From assembly GCA_023383015.1 (NCBI GenBank), contig JAHDXW010000013.1, forward strand, positions 25,281 to 89,280: a stretch of 64,000 bases of DNA, read 5' to 3'. The translations under genes and the position numbers were made by a program. Positions 52,465-61,283 of the stretch are shown one piece after another. The notes beneath the pieces are model-generated. The model did no database searches. It was not told where the DNA came from and saw nothing but the letters and a program-made list of their open reading frames with translations. Within the stretch, counting starts at the first letter, position 1. Every line of letters begins with the position of its first letter. This DNA comes from Paracoccaceae bacterium. GTDB taxonomy: Bacteria > Pseudomonadota > Alphaproteobacteria > Rhodobacterales > Rhodobacteraceae.

Positions 52465-54096
52465 TCAGCCCGGCGGCATGTGCAGACGGCCCGACGCATT
52501 CCAGCCGTAGCCGGCCTCGCGCAGGATCGCGCGCGCCGCCTCGACGTCGAAGGCGATCTGCTCCAGCGCGGCGTTGTACCACCGCCCGAGCACCCGCGGC
52601 ACCGGCCCCTCGGAGGCGGGGATGCCGAAGCCCTGCCAGCCCTCGATCACCACCCGCTGCTTGTTGCTCGCCGTGCGCAGCGCCATCCGGAAAGCGCGGT
52701 CGCTGAACGGCGCCTTCTGGTTGTTCAGCCAGACGAACATCGTCGAATGCGACGGCACCTCGATGAACTCCAGGAAGTCGTTCTGCCGGGCGAGGTCGTC
52801 CATCGTCGCGACCGGCAGCACCGTGGTGGCGATGTCGCCGGTGCCGTCCAGCATCGCGGCGCGGATCGCGTCGGCCTGCCCCAGCGCCAGCCGGCGCAGC
52901 CCGTCATAGGCCGGCGGGTTGAAGTGCGCGGGGAAGGCGGCCAGCTCGTGCACCTCGTTCACCCGCCAGGCCTGGAACCGGAACGGGCCGCTGCCGATCA
53001 CCTTGCCGGCGGCCACGATGTCCCATTCGAGGGCGTTCTCGGGGGCGTCCTTCCAGATGTGCTCGGGCAGGATGAACAGGTAGGTCAGCACGGTGATCTC
53101 GAAGGCCGCGTCCGGATCCTTGAGCAGGATGCGGAAGGTGCGGTCGTCCACCTTCTCGGCGCCGGCAAGGTTGCGGGTGCGCGCCGACATCGCCGGCGGC
53201 TGCCAGGCGATGACCTGCTGGATCGTGAACACCGCGTCGTCGGCGGTGACCGGCTCGCCGTCGTGGAAGGTCATGCCGTCGCGCAGCGTCACCTCCACGG
53301 TGCGCTCGTCGATCCACTGCCAGGACGCCGCCGCCCAGGGCACGGTCTCGCCGCGGGAGTTGTTCTTGGCGAAGGTGTCGAAGACGAAGCGCAACCACCC
53401 CACCGCGCCTTCCTCCGACAGCGGGTTGTAGGTGCTGACGTCCTCGAAGTAGGCCCAGTCCAGCCAGCGGTCGTCGGTCAGCGGGCGGGCTGCCAGCCAG
53501 GGGTTGACCAGTTCCTCATGCGCCGCCACCGGCTCGGGGCTGGTGACGTTCTCCCACTTCGCGCTGTTGTAGAGGATGCCGTAGGTGCGGTTGATCACCG
53601 GCCAGAACGGCATCTCCCCGACGAACATCGCCTGCAGCTCGTGCACCGCTGCCAGCCGCTCCTCGGTGCTGATGATCGACCGCTGCGCCACCGCCTTGGC
53701 CGAATAGGCCTCATCGCACCATTTGGATCCGTTGCGCCGCTGGCCGCAGGCGGCGATGTCATGCACCCAGTAGGCCGGGTCGACCCGGTCGGGGTCGGCG
53801 CCGACCGTGAACACGGCGATGTCCTCGAGCTGGCCGCCGACGATGAACTGCGACACGAAGGTCGAGAACTGGACCGGCACAAGCTGAAGCGAGATGCCGA
53901 GCTTCGCCCAGTCGTCGGCCAGGGCGCGGGCCGACTGTTCGAACTCCGGCCCCATGTCGGCCGCGTAATAGACCACCCGGAGCTCCGGCACCGGCTCGCC
54001 CAGCTGCTGGGCCACGCCGGCCCCTCCGGCCAGCAGGCCGACGAGACCCGCAATGCCTCCCGCTGGCAACAGCCGTCGCCAGGTCAATCCTTCCAT
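52465..54096 (-). CDS. family-5 (Opp/Dpp-type) ABC substrate-binding protein with circularly permuted segment order
   Basis: 543 aa from ATG 54096 (GGAGGA lies 7 nt upstream) within ORF 52465..54720(-). Tat-like leader TWRRLLPAGG...AQQ. All SBP_bac_5 blocks are present, but the usual C-terminal third comes first (see findings). Confidence 0.85.
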   Translation of the reverse strand: MEGLTWRRLLPAGGIAGLVGLLAGGAGVAQQLGEPVPELRVVYYAADMGPEFEQSARALADDWAKLGISLQLVPVQFSTFVSQFIVGGQLEDIAVFTVGADPDRVDPAYWVHDIAACGQRRNGSKWCDEAYSAKAVAQRSIISTEERLAAVHELQAMFVGEMPFWPVINRTYGILYNSAKWENVTSPEPVAAHEELVNPWLAARPLTDDRWLDWAYFEDVSTYNPLSEEGAVGWLRFVFDTFAKNNSRGETVPWAAASWQWIDERTVEVTLRDGMTFHDGEPVTADDAVFTIQQVIAWQPPAMSARTRNLAGAEKVDDRTFRILLKDPDAAFEITVLTYLFILPEHIWKDAPENALEWDIVAAGKVIGSGPFRFQAWRVNEVHELAAFPAHFNPPAYDGLRRLALGQADAIRAAMLDGTGDIATTVLPVATMDDLARQNDFLEFIEVPSHSTMFVWLNNQKAPFSDRAFRMALRTASNKQRVVIEGWQGFGIPASEGPVPRVLGRWYNAALEQIAFDVEAARAILREAGYGWNASGRLHMPPG

Positions 54097-54460
54097 CGTT
54101 CCATCCTCCCCCATGCAATGCACGCAGCCACCGGCAGCGCGATCGCGCCACGTTCCTGCCGGCGCCGATCCCGACATGATTGTATGCGTTTTCTGATCCG
54201 TCAATCGTCGGAATCGCCATCTGGTCCGCCAGCCAGTCCGGCCGGGCCGGAGCCGGCGCGGGCTCCCTCCGCTTCCCGCGCGCGGATGTTTGTCATTTGA
54301 TGGCAATGATTTGCCGGAATGTCCGGCTGCCCGTCCGCAGCCGTCTTCCTCTGCCTGGCCGGTCCCCGGCCTGTCCGCAGGCGCCCGGCGCTTTACAGCC
54401 TGCGATCTTTTGTATTCACTTTGCCGCGGAATCGCCCGGCTGCAGTGAAGGGGAGGACCG

Positions 54461-55741
54461 ATGGAGGCGAGCTGGATCGACAGCGCCGAAGCGCCGGGGA
54501 CGGACTTTCCGCTCGCGAACCTGCCGCTCGGGGTCATGCGCACGGGCCGCGGCGCGGCCTGCGTGTCGGCGATCGGCGACCGCATCGTCGATCTGGCGCT
54601 GCTCGAGCGGGCGGGGCTTGTCGATGCCGGCGGCGGCGGCCCGGTCTTCGACGGCCCGGCGCTCAACGACTTCATCGCCCTCGGCCCGCCGGCGTGGGAG
54701 CGGCTGCGCGCCCAGCTCACCGGGCTGCTCGCTGCCGCCGGGCGGCCGGCGCTGCGCGACGATCCCGACCTCCGCCGCCGCGCCCTGCCGCCGCTCGCCG
54801 GGGCGACGATGCTGATGCCCGTGCGGGTGGCCGGCTACACCGACTTCAACGGCGCCCGCCAGCACGCCTTCAACGCCGGCTCGATCCTGCGCGGGCCCGA
54901 CCGGGCGCTGCCGGCAAACTGGCTGCACATGCCCATCGCCTACAACGGCCGCGTCTCGACCGTCTGCGTCTCGGGCACGCCGATCCGCCGTCCGCTCGGG
55001 CAGTTCCTGCCCCAGGGCGGGGAGCGTCCGGTGTTCGGCCCCAGCCGCCGGCTGGATTTCGAGCTCGAGCTCGGCACCATCCTCGGCGTGCCCTCGCGCA
55101 TGGGCGAGCCCCTGTCGGTGGCCGAGGCCGACGCGATGATCTTCGGCCATGTCCTGCTGAACGACTGGTCGGCGCGCGACATCCAGGCCTGGGAGACGGT
55201 GCCGCTCGGCCCCTTCCTGGGCAAGGCCTTCGGCACCTCGATCAGCCCCTGGGTGGTCACCCGCGCGGCGCTCGAGCCGTTCCGCATCCGCGGGCCCGAG
55301 CCAGAGCTGCCGCTCTTGCCCTATCTCCACGCCACCGCGCCGCTGCACCACGACATCGCGCTCGAGGCCGCGCTCGTTACAGCGGGCGCCGCCGACGAGG
55401 CGGTGATCGTGCGCACCAACACGCGCCATCTCTACTATGCCCCGGCGCAGATGCTGGCCCAGCACGCCATCGGCGGCTGCCGGATGGATGTCTGCGACCT
55501 GATCGGCAGCGGTACCGTCTCCGGTCCCGACCCGTCCTCCTGGGCCTGCCTGCTCGAGATCACGCGCGGAGGGCGCGAGGCGCTGCAGGTGGCGGGCCTG
55601 CGCCGCACCTACCTCGAGGACGGCGACACCGTGGTCATCCGCGGCGCCGCCACGCGCGACGGGCGGCGCATCGGCTTCGGCGAATGTCGCGGCACGATCC
55701 TTCCCGCCCCGCCGCACCCCGCCGGCGGCGCGGGCGGCTAG
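54461..55741 (+). CDS. fahA: fumarylacetoacetase (FAH family)
   Basis: 426 aa preceded by GGGGAGGA. FPLANLPLGV, YTDF, MPIAYNGR, DFELELG and NDWSARDIQ.WE are typical of fumarylacetoacetase. Confidence 0.9.
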   Translation: MEASWIDSAEAPGTDFPLANLPLGVMRTGRGAACVSAIGDRIVDLALLERAGLVDAGGGGPVFDGPALNDFIALGPPAWERLRAQLTGLLAAAGRPALRDDPDLRRRALPPLAGATMLMPVRVAGYTDFNGARQHAFNAGSILRGPDRALPANWLHMPIAYNGRVSTVCVSGTPIRRPLGQFLPQGGERPVFGPSRRLDFELELGTILGVPSRMGEPLSVAEADAMIFGHVLLNDWSARDIQAWETVPLGPFLGKAFGTSISPWVVTRAALEPFRIRGPEPELPLLPYLHATAPLHHDIALEAALVTAGAADEAVIVRTNTRHLYYAPAQMLAQHAIGGCRMDVCDLIGSGTVSGPDPSSWACLLEITRGGREALQVAGLRRTYLEDGDTVVIRGAATRDGRRIGFGECRGTILPAPPHPAGGAGG

Positions 55742-55908
55742 GGCCTGCTCGCCACGGGGGGGCGCCGCAGCCGCCGGTGCGCCCGCGTGCCCCGGGCCGT
55801 TGCCGGCGGCGCCTGCGACATGCCGGCGGCTTGGCCGGAGGCCGGCTGCGCCGCTAGGCTTGCCCCGGCGCCGGGCAGGGGGCCACGCGGCGCGGAGGGC
55901 CGGCCGGG

Positions 55909-57126
55909 ATGTCGCATCCCTTCAGCATCATCGCCAAGCCGATCGGCCCGCGCTGCAACATCGACTGCCGCTACTGCTACTATCTCGAGAAGGAGCGCCT
56001 TTACCCCGACACCGGCCGCTTCCGGATGCCCGACGCGGTCCTCGCCCGCTATGTCGAGGACTACATCGCCGCGCAGGAGGCCGCCGGGCTGGCCGAGGTC
56101 ACCTTCTTCTGGCAGGGCGGCGAGCCCACCATCCTCGGCATCGACTTCTTCCGCCGGGTGCTGGCGCTGCAGTCCGCCGCGGCGGGCCGCGGAACGGTGG
56201 TGCGCAACGCGCTACAGACCAACGGCACGCTGATCGACGCCGACTGGGCGGCCTTCCTTGCCGACGGCGGCTTCCTCGTCGGTCTCTCGATCGACGGCCC
56301 GCGCCCCCTGCACGACCGCTACCGGCGCGACCGTGCCGGGCGGCCGACCTTCGATGCCGCGCTGCGCGGGCTCGGGCATCTTCTGGCCGCCGGGGTCGAG
56401 ACGAACATCCTGACCGCCGTCCACCGCGCCAACGTCGTCCGCCCGCGCGAGGTCTACGGCTTCCTGCGCGGGCTCGGCTGCCCGTTCCTGCAGTTCATCC
56501 CGATCGTCGAGCGCGCCGCCCCCTCCGGCGGCGGGCTGTCGCAGTCGCCGCCGCCCGGGGGGGGCGGCGATCCGGCGGTCACCGAATGGAGCGTCGCGCC
56601 CCTCGCCTGGGGTCGCTTCCTGTGCGAGGTCTTCGACCAGTGGTACCGCCACGACGCCGGGCGGATCTCCGTGCAGTTCTTCGATGTCCAGCTCGGCCTG
56701 TGGTCGGGCGGGCCGGCGGGGCTCTGCGTCTTCGCCGAGGAGTGCGGCGGCTGCCTCGCGCTCGAGCACAACGGCGACCTCTACGCCTGCGACCACTATG
56801 TCTATCCCGCCTACCGGCTCGGCAACGTCATGGACGAGGGGCTCGCGGCGATGGCCGCCAGCCCCGCCCAGCGGGAGTTTGGGGCGATGAAGTCGGCGGC
56901 GCTGCCGGCCCGCTGCCGCAACTGCCGCTTCCGCTTCGCCTGCAACGGCGGCTGCCCCAAGCACCGCTTCGCCCGCTGCCCCGACGGCGAGCCCGGCCTC
57001 AACCACCTCTGCGAGGGCTACCGGCGGTTCTTCCACCACGCCGGCCCGCGGCTGGCCGGCATGGCCCGGCGCATCGCCGCCGGGCTGCCGCCCCTTCCCG
57101 CCGCCCCGCCCGAGGCCCGCCCCTAG
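55909..57126 (+). CDS. anaerobic sulfatase-maturating enzyme (radical SAM / SPASM)
   Basis: 405 aa. KPIGPRCNIDCRYCYY radical-SAM CX3CX2C motif. C-terminal SPASM Cys clusters (CVFAEECGGC, YACDH, CRNCRFRFACNGGCPKHR). Confidence 0.9.
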   Translation: MSHPFSIIAKPIGPRCNIDCRYCYYLEKERLYPDTGRFRMPDAVLARYVEDYIAAQEAAGLAEVTFFWQGGEPTILGIDFFRRVLALQSAAAGRGTVVRNALQTNGTLIDADWAAFLADGGFLVGLSIDGPRPLHDRYRRDRAGRPTFDAALRGLGHLLAAGVETNILTAVHRANVVRPREVYGFLRGLGCPFLQFIPIVERAAPSGGGLSQSPPPGGGGDPAVTEWSVAPLAWGRFLCEVFDQWYRHDAGRISVQFFDVQLGLWSGGPAGLCVFAEECGGCLALEHNGDLYACDHYVYPAYRLGNVMDEGLAAMAASPAQREFGAMKSAALPARCRNCRFRFACNGGCPKHRFARCPDGEPGLNHLCEGYRRFFHHAGPRLAGMARRIAAGLPPLPAAPPEARP

Positions 57127-57142
57127 CCGGGCCTTCGCCTCC

Positions 57143-58360
57143 TCACGCCGCGAGCGCTAGAACCGCCCCCGCCGCCGCGGCGAAGGCCACCACCGCCCAG
57201 GGCGGCGCCTTCCAGCCCGTCAGCAGAACGAAGCAGGCCACCGCCAGCGCGAACTCGGCCGGTCCCCGCACCGCCGAGGTGAACACCGGCGACCACAGCG
57301 CCGTGCCGAGGATGCCCACCACCGCGGCATTGGCCCCCTGCATCGCCGACTGCGCCCGCCGCAGGCGGCGGAAGGCGTCCCAGAAGGGCAGAACCCCGAC
57401 CAGCACCAGAAAGCCCGGCAGGAACAGGGCCAGAAGCGCCAGCGAGGCACCCGCCGCCCCGGCCGGCCCCGGCGACAGGACCGCGCCCAGATAGGCCGCG
57501 AAGGTGAACAGCGGCCCCGGCAGCGCCTGCGCCGCCCCGTAGCCGGCCAGGAAGGCATCCCGCGTCGCCCAGCCCGGGCCGACCACCGCCGCCTCGAGCA
57601 GCGGCAGCACGACATGGCCGCCGCCGAACACCAGCGCCCCGGCCCGGAAGAAGGCCTCCGCCACCGCCAGCGCCTGGCCCGCCGCCGCCAGCACGGGCAG
57701 CGCCACCAGCAGCAGCGCGAAAAGCCCCAGCGCCGCGGCCCCGGTGCGCGGCGCCACCGCCACCGCCACCGGCGCCCCTCCGCTGGCTGCCCCGCGGCCC
57801 AGCGCCAGCCCCGCCAGGCCGCCCGCGAGGATCGCCGCCACCATCCCCGCCCCCCCGGGCAGCAGCGCCAGCACCGCCACCGCGCCGGCGGCGATGCTTG
57901 CCCGGGCCGGGTCGGGGCAGAGGCTGCGCGCCATGCCCCAGACCGCCTGCGCCACGATCGCCACCGCGACGATCTTCAGCCCCTGCAGCGCACCCAGCCC
58001 CGCGGGGTGGTCGATTCGCGCCGCGGTCAGCGCAAACCCCAGCATGATCAGCGCCGAGGGCAGGGTGAAGCCGGCGAACGCCGCGACCGCACCCGCCCAG
58101 CCCGCCCGCATCATCCCCAGCGCGAAGCCCGCCTGGCTGGAGGCCGGACCGGGCAGGAACTGGCAGAGTGCCACGAGATCGGCATAGGCCTGGTCGGTCA
58201 GCCAGCGCCGCCGCGTCACCAGCTCGTCGCGGAAATAGCCCAGATGCGCCACCGGCCCCCCGAACGAGGTCAGCCCCAGCCTCAGGAACACCGCGAACAC
58301 CTCGCCGGCGCTGCCCCGTCGCCCCGCCGCCCCGGCGCCGCCGCCTGCCTGCCCGTCCAT
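57143..58360 (-). CDS. chrA: chromate efflux transporter (two CHR domains)
   Basis: ATG at 58360 preceded by GGAGGGG, within ORF 57143..58504(-). FLRLGLTSFGGPVAHLGY...QFLPGPASSQ, with a second repeat FRAGALVFGGGHVVLPLL...QALPGPLF. Confidence 0.9.
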   Translation of the reverse strand: MDGQAGGGAGAAGRRGSAGEVFAVFLRLGLTSFGGPVAHLGYFRDELVTRRRWLTDQAYADLVALCQFLPGPASSQAGFALGMMRAGWAGAVAAFAGFTLPSALIMLGFALTAARIDHPAGLGALQGLKIVAVAIVAQAVWGMARSLCPDPARASIAAGAVAVLALLPGGAGMVAAILAGGLAGLALGRGAASGGAPVAVAVAPRTGAAALGLFALLLVALPVLAAAGQALAVAEAFFRAGALVFGGGHVVLPLLEAAVVGPGWATRDAFLAGYGAAQALPGPLFTFAAYLGAVLSPGPAGAAGASLALLALFLPGFLVLVGVLPFWDAFRRLRRAQSAMQGANAAVVGILGTALWSPVFTSAVRGPAEFALAVACFVLLTGWKAPPWAVVAFAAAAGAVLALAA

Positions 58361-58394
58361 CGTGCCCCTCCGGTTCCGCCCGCCCCCCGCCTTC

Positions 58395-59381
58395 TCAGCG
58401 CGGATGCGGGTCCCAGGCAAGGCGGAAGCCCAGATGCCCGGTCGCGCTGTCGGGCGGCAGGCCCAGCCGCGCGGCCACCCGGTAGCGGTGGCAGTAGCTC
58501 GCATGGCAGAGGTAGCTTCCGCCCTTCATCACCCGCTGCCCCTCGGCCCGGGCGGCGGCGTTGCGCGCCTGCGCCGGCCGCGCGAGCGACCGGATGCGGA
58601 AGGGGTCGGCGCACCACTCCCAGACGTTGCCCGCCATGTTGTGCAGCCCGTAGCCGTTTGGCGCGAAGCTCAGCGCCGGGGCGGTGCCGCGCCAGCCGTC
58701 GGCGCCGGTGTCGTGGTCGGGAAAGCGGCCCTGCCAGATGTTGCAGGGCAGGAAGCCCGTGTCATCGGGCGGCTGCCCGCCCCAGGGATAGGGACCATCG
58801 CCGCCGCCGCGGGCGGCATGCTCCCACTCCGCCTCGACCGGCAGCCGCGCCCCGGCCCAGGCGGCGAAGGCGGTCGCGTCGTTCCACGAGACATGCACCA
58901 CGGGATGCGCCTCGCGGCCCAGGATGCTGCTGCCCGGCCCCTCGGGGGCGTGCCACGCGGCCCCCGGCACCCCCGCCCACCACGGCGCCACCACCGAGGG
59001 CGGCAGCCGCGCCGCCTCGGCGGCGGGCAGGAAGCCGCGGAACACGAACGACCAGCCGATCCGCTCGGCCTCGGTCACATGGCCGGTGGCGGCGACGAAG
59101 GCGGCAAAGCGCGCGTTGGTCACCGCGCCGCGGTCGATGCCGAAGGGGGCAAGCCGCACCGTCCGCCGCGGCCCCTCGCCGTCGGCGCCAAAGAGCGGCC
59201 GGTCGGTGCCGACATGGCTTGCCCCCCCGGCAAGCCAGACCACCTCCCCGCCCTCTGCCGCAGCCGCAGCCGCAGCCGCAGCCGCAGCCGGTGCCCGGGG
59301 CGGGGCAGGGGCGGCCTTGGCCCGCGGCGGCGGCGGCGCGCCGGCCCGGCCGGGCGCGCAGCAGCCGCCGTCAGTGCCCAC
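58395..59381 (-). CDS. formylglycine-generating enzyme (SUMF1/FGE family)
   Basis: ORF 58395..59408(-). Carries [20 protein letters not shown] and the copper-binding [15 protein letters not shown]. Start is uncertain: TTG 59408, GTG 59381, or GTG 59243 (good GAGGG spacing, which would remove the Pro/Ala-rich N-terminus). Confidence 0.88.
   Translation of the reverse strand: MGTDGGCCAPGRAGAPPPPRAKAAPAPPRAPAAAAAAAAAAAEGGEVVWLAGGASHVGTDRPLFGADGEGPRRTVRLAPFGIDRGAVTNARFAAFVAATGHVTEAERIGWSFVFRGFLPAAEAARLPPSVVAPWWAGVPGAAWHAPEGPGSSILGREAHPVVHVSWNDATAFAAWAGARLPVEAEWEHAARGGGDGPYPWGGQPPDDTGFLPCNIWQGRFPDHDTGADGWRGTAPALSFAPNGYGLHNMAGNVWEWCADPFRIRSLARPAQARNAAARAEGQRVMKGGSYLCHASYCHRYRVAARLGLPPDSATGHLGFRLAWDPHPR
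59257..59290. repeat. hexanucleotide microsatellite, (GCCGCA) about 5.7 copies
   Basis: Counted directly. On the minus strand it reads (GCTGCG)5, giving an 11-Ala run in the long FGE reading frame. Confidence 0.9.
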
Positions 59382-60282
59382 CGCGCTCCACCCGCTGGCG
59401 CGGATCAAGAACGTCCCGCAGCCCGTCGCCCATCAGGTTCAGCCCCAGCACCGCCACCGCGATGACGATGCCGGGGAAGACGGCGATCCACCACGCCTCC
59501 TGGATGTAGCTTCGCCCGTCGGCGATGATGTTGCCCAGCGACGGCGCCGGCGGCGGCGGCCCGACGCCAAGGAAGGACAGGATCGCCTCGGCGATGATCG
59601 ACACCGCGAAGACGAAGGTCAGCTGCACGATCAGCGGCGACAGCGCGTTGGCCAGGATGTAGCGGAAGACGATGCGGCCGTGGCCGGCGCCCACCGCATG
59701 GGCGGCCTCGATGTACTGCATCCCCTGCACGACCAGCACGCTCGCCCGCACGATCCGCGCCGTCCGCGGCGTGAAGGTCACCGTTAGCGCGATGATGGCG
59801 TTGGTCTCCGACGGCCCCAGCGCGGCCGCCAGCGCGATCGCCAGCAGGACGCCCGGAAAGGCCATCAGCCCGTCCAGCCCGCGCATGATCAGCCCGTCCA
59901 GCCAGCGGACATAGCTGGCCAGCGTGCCGAGCAGCGTGCCGAACACCCCCACCATCGCCACCACCCACAGCCCGATGGTCAGCGACACGCGGGTGCCGTG
60001 CAGGATGCGGCTCAGGATGTCGCGGCCGAAGCCGTCGGTGCCGAACCAGTGCGCCGCCGAGGGCGGGGCCAGGATCGCGCGGTAGTCGATCTTGGTCGGC
60101 GCGTAGGGGGCGATGCGGTCGGCCAGCAGCGCGGTGGCGGCGAAGGCCGCCAGGATGACGAAGCCGATCAGGAACGAGGGATGGCCGAACAGCCGCCGCA
60201 GGAAGGCCGCCCGCCGCCGGCGGCGGGCGCGCGCGATCTCGGCGGCCAGCGACAGAGGTGCGGGGGCGGCCTCAGCGGCCAT
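59371..60282 (-). CDS. ABC transporter permease (DppC/OppC-like)
   Basis: ATG at 60282 within ORF 59371..60336(-). Overlaps the upstream permease stop by 11 nt. Contains [11 protein letters not shown] and [21 protein letters not shown]. Confidence 0.9.
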   Translation of the reverse strand: MAAEAAPAPLSLAAEIARARRRRRAAFLRRLFGHPSFLIGFVILAAFAATALLADRIAPYAPTKIDYRAILAPPSAAHWFGTDGFGRDILSRILHGTRVSLTIGLWVVAMVGVFGTLLGTLASYVRWLDGLIMRGLDGLMAFPGVLLAIALAAALGPSETNAIIALTVTFTPRTARIVRASVLVVQGMQYIEAAHAVGAGHGRIVFRYILANALSPLIVQLTFVFAVSIIAEAILSFLGVGPPPPAPSLGNIIADGRSYIQEAWWIAVFPGIVIAVAVLGLNLMGDGLRDVLDPRQRVERGGH

Positions 60283-61219
60283 CGCGCACCCGCGGGTCAA
60301 ACCAGCCGTACAGCATGTCGACGATGATGTTGACAAAGACGAAGACGCAGGCCGTCACCAGAAGCCCGCCCTGGATGATCGGGAAGTCGCGGCGCTGGAT
60401 CGCGCCGACGATCAGCCGCCCCACCCCGGGCAGCGAGAAGACGGTCTCGATCACCACCGCCCCCGACAGCAGGATCCCCGTCAGCACCCCGACGACGGTG
60501 ACGATCGGGACCATCGCGTTGCGCAGCGCATGGCGGAAGACCACGGTGCCGCGCGGCATGCCCTTGGCGCGGGCGGTGCGGACATAGTCCTGCCCCAGCA
60601 CGTCCAGCATCGACGAGCGCGTCATCCGCGCGATCACCCCCATCTGGGTCAGCGCCAGGGTCATCGCCGGCAGGGTCATGCTGCGGGCCCAGCCGAGGGG
60701 GTCGTCGGTCAGCGCCACGAAGCCGCCGGTCGGCAGCCACCCCAGCCACACCCCGAACAGGATGATCAGCACGATGCCGAACCAGAAGTCGGGGATCGAC
60801 AGCCCGATCAGCGCCGTCACCATCGCCCCCTGGTCGGCCAGCGTGTTGTGGCGCACCGCCGCGAGGATGCCCAGCATCAGCCCCATCACCGTCGCCAGGA
60901 CCAGCGCGAGCCCGGCCAGCGACAGCGTCACCGGCAGCCGCTCGAGTACCGCATCCAGCACCGGCCGCTGCAGGAGGTAGGAGTATCCGAGGTCGCCGCG
61001 GAAGAGGTCGCCGTACCAGGCCAGCGCCCGCTCCCACAGCGGCCGGTCAAGCCCCAGCCGCCGGCGGATCGCCTCCAGCTCCTCGGGGGTCGCGTCGGTG
61101 CCGCCAAGCTCGGCCGAGATGTCGCCGGGCACCAGCCAGATCAGCAGGAAGGTGACCAGCGACACCACCAGGAGCACCGGCACCGCGCTGAGGATGCGCG
61201 TGATCAGGAAGCGGGTCAC
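60272..61219 (-). CDS. ABC transporter permease (DppB/OppB-like)
   Basis: GTG at 61219 ((M)TRFLITRILSAVPVLL...) within ORF 60272..61507(-). Contains YVRTARAKGMPRGTVVFRHALRNAMVP. Confidence 0.9.
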   Translation of the reverse strand: MTRFLITRILSAVPVLLVVSLVTFLLIWLVPGDISAELGGTDATPEELEAIRRRLGLDRPLWERALAWYGDLFRGDLGYSYLLQRPVLDAVLERLPVTLSLAGLALVLATVMGLMLGILAAVRHNTLADQGAMVTALIGLSIPDFWFGIVLIILFGVWLGWLPTGGFVALTDDPLGWARSMTLPAMTLALTQMGVIARMTRSSMLDVLGQDYVRTARAKGMPRGTVVFRHALRNAMVPIVTVVGVLTGILLSGAVVIETVFSLPGVGRLIVGAIQRRDFPIIQGGLLVTACVFVFVNIIVDMLYGWFDPRVRDGR

Positions 61220-61283
61220 GGCCGGCGATTCCGTTCGGCAGGCGCCGGCGCGCCGCCGGCCGGCCGGCGGGCGGCGCGGGCGC

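Noticed and set aside
51250-54300. 1016-aa plus-strand ORF
   Set aside because: It is antisense to the permease and SBP genes of the Dpp-like operon and has no recognisable domain. It is a GC artefact.
55742-55908. Small precursor-peptide gene upstream of the radical-SAM/SPASM enzyme (RiPP hypothesis)
   Set aside because: There is no short ORF with an RBS and plausible peptide composition. The only ORF here (55787..56233) overlaps the maturase in another frame and is Arg/Pro/Ala-rich. The enzyme itself matches anaerobic sulfatase maturases along its full length.
59257-59290. Possible CRISPR or other repeat array (together with the 12-mer repeat at 15504..15539)
   Set aside because: The units are 6 and 12 nt, directly tandem with no spacers, and lie inside or next to coding sequence. 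These are simple microsatellite/minisatellite repeats, not CRISPR.
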